The notes under the pieces are model-generated. The model was not told where the DNA came from, ran no database searches, and saw only the letters and a program-made list of their open reading frames with translations. A DNA stretch of 32,000 nucleotides from Staphylothermus hellenicus DSM 12710 (GTDB taxonomy: Archaea > Thermoproteota > Thermoprotei_A > Sulfolobales > Desulfurococcaceae): the NCBI RefSeq assembly GCF_000092465.1, contig NC_014205.1:1470001-1502000 (forward strand), read 5' to 3'. This document shows positions 24,986 through 31,990 of the stretch, one piece after another. Numbering within the stretch: position 1 is the stretch's first letter; the number at the start of each line of letters is the position of its first letter. Made by a program: the position numbers and the translations under genes.

Positions 24986-25087
24986 GCCGCCGTAGCTCAG
25001 CCCGGTAGAGCGCCGGCCTCGTATCGGTTACCTAATCACCGGAGTCGGGGGAGCCGGTGGTCGCGGGTTCAAATCCCGCCGGCGGCT
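24986..25087 (+). tRNA. tRNA-Thr (anticodon CGU) with a roughly 28-nt intron after position 37
   Basis: Acceptor GCCGCCG/CGGCGGC, D arm GCTC-AGCCCGGTA-GAGC, anticodon stem CCGGC/GCCGG, and loop CU-CGU-A[intron 25024-25051]A. The variable loop is TGGTC, the T arm GCGGG-TTCAAAT-CCCGC, and the discriminator U. No CCA is encoded. The mature length is 74 nt. Confidence 0.85.
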
Positions 25088-25153
25088 CTTAGTTAAACCT
25101 ATATTTTTGATATGTTCTTTTCCGCCTCAACATGGTCTTGTAAAGCTTGTTAA

Positions 25154-26563
25154 TCATATGACCTGCCTAATTTTTATTTCGTGAATTTGTGTTTCTCTTC
25201 TTCCATAAGCTTCTGCTATTATTTCGCCATATGCTATTTCTTCTTTATTCTTTAAGTATTCATACAGTGTTTTCACTCCTTGTTCGTAGTCTACGTCTTT
25301 GTTTCTGAGTTGTTTTAGATAGTATGGTTTTAAGCCGTAGTATATTGTTAGTTTTTCCGCTATTAACTTATCACTTGTGCCTACATAGACTGGGATCTGT
25401 GGCCTAAAACGTGATATTGCTGGAGGTATTGTAGAGGTTTTTGTATATATTAGTGTTTTTGCATTTATTTTCTCCGCTAAAAGTGTTAGTCCTAAAGCAT
25501 ATTTTTCCCTCAACGCTCTTAACTCTAGTTTTTCACGTGTATCCTCGATTCTTCTCTTCACAATGCTTGATTCAGCCGAGCTTATTATTCTCTTCAACCA
25601 CTTAACTGATTCAACAGGGTATTTACCTATAGCTGTTTCATCGGTTAATAGTAAGGCATCCACTAGGTCATATACTGCATTAACTACATCGACTACTTCG
25701 CTCCTACTAGGCCTTGGATAGTTAACCATTGATTCTAATAGTTGTGTAGCAACAATACTGGGTTTTCCAACCATTATTGCTTCGCGAGCGATTTTTCTTT
25801 GTAGAGCTGGTAGTTCTTCTAAGCTGTAATGCATACCTAGATCTCCGCGAGCTATTATGATAGCATCTGATACATTCATTATGTCTTTTAAGTTCCTAAC
25901 AGCTGATCTAGTCTCTATTTTAGCTATTAATCCTATTTCTCCATTCATTCTTGAAACAATATCTCTAACAATAACTATATCACTTGCTCTACGGACGAAG
26001 CTGATGGCTAAATATGTTAGTTTTCTCGAGACACTATAATTTACTAGATCAATGTCTTTCTCGCTTAGAACAGGCAAGTCTATCTCCTTGCCAAAGACTA
26101 CAAGAGTTTTATGTGGATGCAATACTGCATCATTCAATACTATTGCTTCAGCTTCGTTCCCGCTAATATCTATTATTCTAAGAATTATTTTTCCGTCATC
26201 GATTAATATTATGTCTCCGAGCTCTAGTATTTCGAAAACCTTCTTATTAGGAATAGGTATAGTGTTTTCCTCGTCAACCTTATCTTTATAGATAAGCTTA
26301 ACGGTTTGTTTAGCCTTAATCCCATGTACTGGTAGTTCCCCTATTCTTACCTGGGGGCCTGGTAAGTCGCCCATTATAGATATTTCCTGTTCATATTCTT
26401 CAGCAATTTCTCTAACCATTTTAACCCATTCATCCCATTCACGAGGATCTCCATGGCTGAAATTAATTCTAAAACCATTCACCCCCTCCTGTATAAGCCT
26501 CGTCAATACATCGTATTTACCGCTGCTAGGACCTATTGTAGCTATTATCTTAACTTTTCTCAT
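25154..26563 (-). CDS. pyk: Pyruvate kinase
   Basis: MRKVKIIATIGPSS, FRINFSHG, IAKIETR, IIIARGDLG and VATQLLESM motifs. Confidence 0.9.
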   Translation of the reverse strand: MRKVKIIATIGPSSGKYDVLTRLIQEGVNGFRINFSHGDPREWDEWVKMVREIAEEYEQEISIMGDLPGPQVRIGELPVHGIKAKQTVKLIYKDKVDEENTIPIPNKKVFEILELGDIILIDDGKIILRIIDISGNEAEAIVLNDAVLHPHKTLVVFGKEIDLPVLSEKDIDLVNYSVSRKLTYLAISFVRRASDIVIVRDIVSRMNGEIGLIAKIETRSAVRNLKDIMNVSDAIIIARGDLGMHYSLEELPALQRKIAREAIMVGKPSIVATQLLESMVNYPRPSRSEVVDVVNAVYDLVDALLLTDETAIGKYPVESVKWLKRIISSAESSIVKRRIEDTREKLELRALREKYALGLTLLAEKINAKTLIYTKTSTIPPAISRFRPQIPVYVGTSDKLIAEKLTIYYGLKPYYLKQLRNKDVDYEQGVKTLYEYLKNKEEIAYGEIIAEAYGRRETQIHEIKIRQVI

Positions 26564-26838
26564 AAACTAGACACCACCTGCTTGGTTTTCTCCATATATT
26601 CTTTAGCTATTTCTTCTATAGGCCTAGGCGTTGGTGATGTGAAAATGGAGTATCCCATGTATCCGAGAAAGAATGATATAGTAAGCATAATAAACAATGT
26701 GGTGAGCCTTATAAGTAAGTCGCTCAATTTAATATTCCAAATAATAGTGTCTGGCGCGATTATTAATCCATAAATATAAACTACCGCTAATAGTATTGCA
26801 GACAAAAACAATGCTAAACCCGCCGCTCTTGAAACCAT
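26560..26838 (-). CDS. Small membrane protein (two predicted TM helices), hypothetical
   Basis: Hydrophobic stretches LALFLSAILLAVVYIYGLII and LTTLFIMLTISFFLGYMGYSIF. Its stop overlaps the pyk start in an ATGA (26563-26560). Confidence 0.5.
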   Translation of the reverse strand: MVSRAAGLALFLSAILLAVVYIYGLIIAPDTIIWNIKLSDLLIRLTTLFIMLTISFFLGYMGYSIFTSPTPRPIEEIAKEYMEKTKQVVSSL

Positions 26839-26851
26839 GTATTTAGCCCCC

Positions 26852-27160
26852 TTATAATTTGCTAATAATATCTCTAACCTTCATTCCAGGGAGTATTCCG
26901 TGTTCAGATGCTTTACTTGTTACCTCAACTATTTCTTTCTCCAACATTTCATCAATGCTTTTAACCCCAGTTACTCGTGCAGCTACTAATCCAAGTTTGT
27001 CTGCAACCTTTATGTCTAAGTATCCACACATAACGAATCCTTTGTCTCCGCGAAGTATTATTAGTGGTGGTGCATTAGGTAATTCTATTTCTACCCCAAC
27101 TAGTTTCTTATTATCTATATTGATTATTTTCACAGATATGGTTGAGTATGGAGCCTTCAT
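26852..27160 (-). CDS. DUF1805 / YunC-like protein
   Basis: PPLIILRGDKGFVMCGYLDIKVADKLGLVAARVTGVKSIDEML matches my recollection of the DUF1805 core (kG-lMCGyLn...aeklg-aAa-vtGVkt-edmL). Confidence 0.55.
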   Translation of the reverse strand: MKAPYSTISVKIINIDNKKLVGVEIELPNAPPLIILRGDKGFVMCGYLDIKVADKLGLVAARVTGVKSIDEMLEKEIVEVTSKASEHGILPGMKVRDIISKL

Positions 27161-27247
27161 GGCTGTTCACATAGTAGTTTGTTTTCTATAATTAAATTTA
27201 TTCCATACATAAGTTATATTACTATGCTGGGGAAATGGTGAAGAAAA

Positions 27248-27514
27248 ATGATTGATCAAAGCCTTCTCTGGTTTACAGGCATACTACTAATACTTATTGG
27301 CTTCATAATCTTATTGTATGGACTAATGGGTGGTGGGGAAGAAGGCTCTAAGAAGAATGTAGAAGCTGGTGGAGTAGTTATTATTGGGCCTATACCAATA
27401 GTTTTCGGCACGTCTCATAGAATAACAGTTATCTTATTAGTTTTAGCAATTATTCTTGTTGCGATACTAATAATATACTATGTGCTCCCCTTCTACATGC
27501 CAATCAATAAGTGA
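27248..27514 (+). CDS. Small membrane protein, DUF131/TIGR00304-like
   Basis: TM helix, then GGGEEGSKKNVEAGGVVIIGPIPIVFG, then a second TM helix. 88 aa. Confidence 0.5.
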   Translation: MIDQSLLWFTGILLILIGFIILLYGLMGGGEEGSKKNVEAGGVVIIGPIPIVFGTSHRITVILLVLAIILVAILIIYYVLPFYMPINK

Positions 27515-27526
27515 AAAGAGAGGGGA

Positions 27527-27823
27527 GTGGGACTAGTGTTTAACGAGAAATATGTTATGATGGGCATGTTCCTTATAATAATAGGTTTCCTACTCCTAGC
27601 TTTCTCAACAATAACCTTAGCACCCACACCTAGCAATACTGAGGGAGGTGGGGTCGTCTGCATAGTTTTGTTCTTCATCCCTATCTGTATAGCTACAGGT
27701 AATCTTAACCCATCTATAATCTATGCTTTAATAGCACTATCCATATTGACCATAATAATATTCGTATTCATGTTATGGATAATTATTTATAAAACACATA
27801 AACACCTTAATCCTTACCCATAA
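27527..27823 (+). CDS. Small membrane protein, tandem paralogue of 27248-27514
   Basis: Same architecture: FLIIIGFLLL, then TEGGGVVCIV, then further TM segments. It starts 12 nt after the previous stop. The start codon is uncertain (GTG 27527 or 27536). Confidence 0.45.
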   Translation: MGLVFNEKYVMMGMFLIIIGFLLLAFSTITLAPTPSNTEGGGVVCIVLFFIPICIATGNLNPSIIYALIALSILTIIIFVFMLWIIIYKTHKHLNPYP

Positions 27824-27905
27824 TTTCTAGTTCTATACCATATTTTCCGAGCCAATATTAAAAAAGGATAGAGTTATAGAAGTAAAAATATTATAGGAAT
27901 TGTTT

Positions 27906-28145
27906 TTACTCTGTTGTCATTTGTTTCTTTAAGGATTTGATCCTTTCTTCCACCATTTTAAGTTCTTCTTCAAGTGCTTTCTTATAAGATTCAAGCGCTT
28001 CAATCTCCGCTTGAATCTTATATTTAGGCATAGTACTAGTCCATACATTATGTTTTATAATCCATCCAGGCCTCTCCCATGGAGGTATATAACTCCACGC
28101 TCCTTTTCCAGGCCAGGGACCATGCCAGAACCATCCTCTTCCCAT
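27906..28145 (-). CDS. Trp/Gly/Pro-rich N-terminus + coiled-coil small protein (DUF5320-like)
   Basis: MGRGWFWHGPWPGKGAWSYIPPWERPGW, followed by the heptad-like EIEALESYKKALEEELKMVEERIKSLKK. ATG 28145 lies 5 nt after GGAGGTGA, so the ORF-track TTG at 28160 sits inside the SD. Confidence 0.5.
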   Translation of the reverse strand: MGRGWFWHGPWPGKGAWSYIPPWERPGWIIKHNVWTSTMPKYKIQAEIEALESYKKALEEELKMVEERIKSLKKQMTTE

Positions 28146-28403
28146 GCTTATCACCTCCAAGATTTTTCATTATTGATTATAGTAAAAGAGCCTAATAAAT
28201 TTTGTTCATATGCTCATAATTTTTAATAAAGAAAAAATCTACAAAGGCTTCAATAGAATTCTTCAAGAATTCCTGGAGCATATATTTTATCTGCTAAGTA
28301 ATTTTTGGGCATAAGAACATTTCTTACTCATACTATATTAAAAGAAGAATAGATTATTCGAGGTATTCTAAAGGTCTAAGTATGATGTTTATTGGAAGGA
28401 GTA

Positions 28404-28535
28404 GCGGCCCGATCCCAGCTTGGGGCGGCTGCGAGGCCTCTCGGACCTCACGGCCTACCCCAACGTGGCCGGCTTAACTTCCGGGTTCGATATGAGACCG
28501 GGTGTTGCCCGGCCACTATGGCCGGGTCGGGCCGC
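28404..28535 (-). rRNA. rrf: 5S ribosomal RNA (stand-alone)
   Basis: The minus strand reads GCGGCCCGACCCGGCCAUAGUGGCCGGGCAACACCCGGUCUCAUAUCGAACCCGGAAGUUAAGCCGGCCACGUUGGGG...CCCCAAGCUGGGAUCGGGCCGC. The core GGGCAACACCCGG..UC.AACCCGGAAGUUAAGCC and the tail AAGCUGGGAU match crenarchaeal 5S as I recall it. Helix I closes as GCGGCCCGA/UCGGGCCGC. The region is a GC-rich island. Confidence 0.9.
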
Positions 28536-28565
28536 TGTTTCATAATTTTAATTATATAGGTGTTT

Positions 28566-28838
28566 TTAAGTTTTACTTGGTGTCTTTTCTACTGCATATA
28601 TTGCTTTTATCTTCATCGGTGAGTTGCATTTGGGGCATTTTCCTTTTATCATCCCTATGAAGTCGCCTGGTTCATATTCTTTTTCTATTTTATAACCGCA
28701 TTTGGTGCATTCTAGTATTTCTATTGTTTTATACTCTGGTTTCTTCGGTTTCTTCATTGCTTCCATGTATAGATATACCGCCATAACTATTGCTCCGATT
28801 AATGTAGTGTATAGTATTGTGTCTATATCTATGTTCAT
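28566..28838 (-). CDS. Membrane-anchored Zn-ribbon protein, hypothetical
   Basis: N-terminal TM helix (ILYTTLIGAIVMAVYLYM), then CTKCGYK...CPKCNSP. ATGA overlap (28838-28835) with the upstream gene. Confidence 0.5.
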   Translation of the reverse strand: MNIDIDTILYTTLIGAIVMAVYLYMEAMKKPKKPEYKTIEILECTKCGYKIEKEYEPGDFIGMIKGKCPKCNSPMKIKAIYAVEKTPSKT

Positions 28839-29932
28839 CCAGGCACACCCATTGTGTTTCCTATTCCTGCGATTATTATTGTTGATTTAGGTGTTGTTAA
28901 TTCCTTAACAAGTTTTCTAACATACTCATATGCTCTCTCACATGCTTCATATATATCCTTCTTCATAGTGTATATAGCGTCTTCGAGATCCATCTTAACA
29001 ACTAAGGCTCTCAATGGGATTTCATATTTTGTAGCGGCTCTTTCAATAGCTATTTTCTCAGGTCCTGGATCACCTATAGCTGCACCAACTCCTTCAGCAA
29101 TTTCACCTCTCTCCTCGCTTTCAAGCTTGAGAGCTGCATCAATAGTAATTATTAAATCAACACTGCCTCTCAACTCATCGACAATCTTTGCTAAAACATA
29201 TCCAGGTCTGCCCACATTGCTTCCTGGACCCTCAGCTTTTATAATAAATATTCTTCTATTATCTAGCCAAACCTCAGTAATACTGGTATCCTCGACGACT
29301 TTTTTCGAAACAACTCTTCCATTTTCGATTATTCTATGAGCTATTAATGGGCCTGCCCCATCACCTATAGGCTTACCCGTTATAAACGGGTCTAGAGCTT
29401 CATGATATGTTTCAACAAGCTTCATTATCTGGGGCATAATTAGTTCAAGCTGCATTAGTAGAACCCAGTTATTTTCTTTCTCACTACTGATCAGATAGTG
29501 TTTGATCACCTTATATATTAGGTTTAAAGTACTAAGTATAGAAATACTTGTTTCAACAAGGCTTCTCTCATGCTTATCTAGGCTTGGCAAGTATAGGGAG
29601 ACTAGTTTTCTAAAACTCTTATCACTGGTTCTTATCAAGTGCTCCATACGCTTAATAATGTCTGTTGGCTCTATAGTTACAGGGTCTATTGTGAAAAAAT
29701 TATTTGCACGCTTAATCAGTACTGAAGGAGTCTGAACACCTAGATTCTTTAAAATATTCTCTATACGTGCTTGGTCTTCATCAATATATCTCTTAATAAT
29801 TGAGAGTTTATTTCTTATATCAATACTCCAAAGCTTCATCTGGATCTTCTGATTAGCGCCTGTAAATATCATTATAAAGAACAATAACCAGATCAACTGT
29901 GTTATAATTGTTCCCCAATCAGTATTTGCCAA
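28835..29932 (-). CDS. Membrane-anchored conserved archaeal protein, DUF1512-like
   Basis: 365 aa. N-terminal TM helix (IITQLIWLLFFIMIFTG), a long helical middle, and a Gly-rich C-terminal domain (GKPIGDGAGP, KAEGPGSNVGRPG, GVGAAIGDPGPEK). The family name is from memory of size and architecture only. Confidence 0.5.
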   Translation of the reverse strand: MANTDWGTIITQLIWLLFFIMIFTGANQKIQMKLWSIDIRNKLSIIKRYIDEDQARIENILKNLGVQTPSVLIKRANNFFTIDPVTIEPTDIIKRMEHLIRTSDKSFRKLVSLYLPSLDKHERSLVETSISILSTLNLIYKVIKHYLISSEKENNWVLLMQLELIMPQIMKLVETYHEALDPFITGKPIGDGAGPLIAHRIIENGRVVSKKVVEDTSITEVWLDNRRIFIIKAEGPGSNVGRPGYVLAKIVDELRGSVDLIITIDAALKLESEERGEIAEGVGAAIGDPGPEKIAIERAATKYEIPLRALVVKMDLEDAIYTMKKDIYEACERAYEYVRKLVKELTTPKSTIIIAGIGNTMGVPG

Positions 29933-30024
29933 TCCATTATTCTCCTCCTACACGACCTATATGTTTCGCAATATATCAAAAAACATGACATTATATAGAC
30001 CCATATATATTTTGGCTGTGATGT

Positions 30025-30942
30025 TCACTTAGTTGTAATAATAATGTCTTTCCCATATATAATGAATGTATGTTCAAACTGTGAAACCAAGCCTCCGCCT
30101 CTTTCTATAAGAACTGGATAAGCATATATTACTCTATGTTTTTGCATAATCCTTAAAGTATTTCTTAACCCTTCAACACCATTAAATAATCCAACATACC
30201 ATCTTTCACAAAATGGTAACGTTCTACGCTCACTCCATATTTTATTAAATAATCTCTTCTCACGAAGAGTCAAACGGGTTCTTCTACGTGGTGTGAGAGA
30301 ATATATTGTAGCTATTGATCCTTCCCTTACCAGTCCAGCTCCGTTTGTTGCAAAGGGCTCAATAGCATATACTCCCTCTACTAGTTTCCAACGCGTAAAC
30401 AAATCATTATAGTTGGGTATACTTTTTCCAGCATGTATAAGGTAACGATCAATACTATGTCCAGTAAGGTTTCTAATAGGTTTGTATCCGTAAGAAGCAA
30501 TTGTTTCTTCAATAATTTTCCCGATCATATTAACCCTTATCCCTGGCTTTACTGTTTCAAGTGCTTTTTCGAGAGCTGTTCTACTAGCTTCGAGAAGACC
30601 CTCATATGCAGGGTTGAAGGATACAGTGGTGGCAGTATCAGCTATGTATCCATCAATATGTACTCCAAGATCTATTTTGAGAACCGCATTATCAGGTATA
30701 ACTGTATCATCATTCACAATAGGAGTATAATGTGCAGCAACTTCGTTAATACTTAAATTAACAGGGAAAGCTGGCTCGCCGCCAAGCTCCCTTATTCTCC
30801 TCTCAACATGTTCTGCGAGCTCAAATAGTTTCATGCCGGGCTTAGCTATTCTAGCAGCCTCCTCCCTAACTTTTTTAGCTATCTCTCCAGCTTTCAATAG
30901 CTTAGATATAGCTTCCTCAGATAACGACATATTTGGTCCCAT
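30025..30942 (-). CDS. map: Methionine aminopeptidase, type 2 (archaeal)
   Basis: AGEIAKKVREEA, PAFPVNLSINEVAAHYTP, DLGVHIDGYIADTA, LTGHSI, YAIEPFAT and QFEHTFII are close to Pyrococcus MetAP as recalled. The start could instead be ATG 30930. Confidence 0.9.
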   Translation of the reverse strand: MGPNMSLSEEAISKLLKAGEIAKKVREEAARIAKPGMKLFELAEHVERRIRELGGEPAFPVNLSINEVAAHYTPIVNDDTVIPDNAVLKIDLGVHIDGYIADTATTVSFNPAYEGLLEASRTALEKALETVKPGIRVNMIGKIIEETIASYGYKPIRNLTGHSIDRYLIHAGKSIPNYNDLFTRWKLVEGVYAIEPFATNGAGLVREGSIATIYSLTPRRRTRLTLREKRLFNKIWSERRTLPFCERWYVGLFNGVEGLRNTLRIMQKHRVIYAYPVLIERGGGLVSQFEHTFIIYGKDIIITTK

Positions 30943-31178
30943 TATCTCAGTGTTTTTCCTAATGGTTTTATATAATACTATATAGGGACTTTTAGGTTTT
31001 CAGTATATGGGGAAGGGAAACAAAAAGCATTGTTTTCTAAGGCTATACTAGATTTATAATATTTAACCCATAGATTTTTCGATGAATCCGTGATTTAGCT
31101 ATAAATGCCTCGTTTTACATTATGTTATCATAGAGAAAAATAATAGGAGGGGAATTTGTCACGGCGATCATTAAATAC

Positions 31179-31847
31179 TTGGGGCATTCAGCCTTCGAAA
31201 TAGTCTTAACAGGCCTTGATGGAACTGAAAAAACAATCCTCATTGATCCATGGATAGAAAACCCGTTGAGCCCAGTAAAGCTGAGTGATTATAAGAATAG
31301 GAAAATAGATTATATATTCGTAACACATGATCATAGTGATCACCTGGGAAACGCTATTGAGATAGCTAAGGAGACAGGAGCGAAAATCGTTGGAATATTT
31401 GAAATCGCATTATATGCTCAAGAAAAAGGTGTCCAGAGTATTGATGGAAACATTGGTGGGAAACTGAATATACCAGATCTTTTCGCTGTATTAACGCCTG
31501 CATGGCACAGCAGTAATAGAGGAGCGCCTACAGGCGTTGTTGTAGGAGGAAAAGATGTAACAATATATCATGCTGGAGACACAGGATTATTTATGGAGAT
31601 GAGCTTAATCGGAGAATTATATGGTCCAGACATAGCATTACTACCAATAGGCGGTCATTACACCATGGGAGTGAAAGAAGCAGCTAAAGCAGTCCAGCTT
31701 ATAAGGCCTAAGATAGCTATACCAATGCACTACAACACGTTTCCACCAATAAAAGCTGACCCAGAGGGATTCAAGAAACTCGTAGAATCAACTACTCCAA
31801 CAAAAATAGTAATCTTAAAACCGGGCGAAACATTCACATATCCATAG
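31179..31847 (+). CDS. UPF0173-type metal-dependent hydrolase (metallo-beta-lactamase fold)
   Basis: LGHSAFEI, ILIDPW, FVTHDHSDHLG, HAGDTG and the PMHYNTFP motif. The true start is uncertain; see the finding on 31143-31181. Confidence 0.8.
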   Translation: MGHSAFEIVLTGLDGTEKTILIDPWIENPLSPVKLSDYKNRKIDYIFVTHDHSDHLGNAIEIAKETGAKIVGIFEIALYAQEKGVQSIDGNIGGKLNIPDLFAVLTPAWHSSNRGAPTGVVVGGKDVTIYHAGDTGLFMEMSLIGELYGPDIALLPIGGHYTMGVKEAAKAVQLIRPKIAIPMHYNTFPPIKADPEGFKKLVESTTPTKIVILKPGETFTYP

Positions 31848-31914
31848 AACCATCAATGATAAATAAAAACCTTTTTTATAACACAAATTATCGTGGGCCC
31901 GGGGAGCAGCCCCG

Positions 31915-31990
31915 CTCCCACTATTAAGAGCCCGCGGGAGATGTGCCGATCGATGGCTTCAATGACCGCGGGTGTTAGTAGTGGGGGACA
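31915..31990 (+). ncRNA. Candidate H/ACA box guide sRNA (single hairpin)
   Basis: Lower stem 31915-31923/31979-31987 (9 bp, including one G.U). Pocket strands UUAAGAG (31924-31930) and UGUUAG (31973-31978). Upper stem CCCGCGG/CCGCGGG (31931-31937/31966-31972). K-turn geometry: tandem G38.A65 and A39.G64, a 3-nt bulge AAU (31961-31963), then G40-C60 and A41-U59. ACA at 31988-31990 follows the lower stem directly, 15 nt from the top of the pocket. GC-rich island with a TATA-like TTTTATAA at about 31875-31882. Confidence 0.5.

Noticed and set aside
26859-27191. 110-aa plus-strand ORF opposite the DUF1805-like gene
   Set aside because: The minus-strand product has a recognisable conserved core (KGFVMCGYL...VTGVKSIDEML). 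The plus-strand product is Ser/Thr/Ile/Leu-rich low complexity, so it is judged a shadow ORF.
28854-29735. 161-aa and 77-aa plus-strand ORFs inside the DUF1512-like gene
   Set aside because: They are shadow ORFs antisense to a longer, better-structured ORF that is translationally coupled to its neighbour.
31893-31921. Hairpin GUGGG-C-C-CGGGG-AGCAG-CCCCG-CU-CCCAC as an independent element or terminator of the hydrolase gene
   Set aside because: It competes with the 9-bp lower stem of the better-supported H/ACA fold, and it lies partly upstream of the transcription start predicted from the TATA box. It is retained only as an alternative structure.
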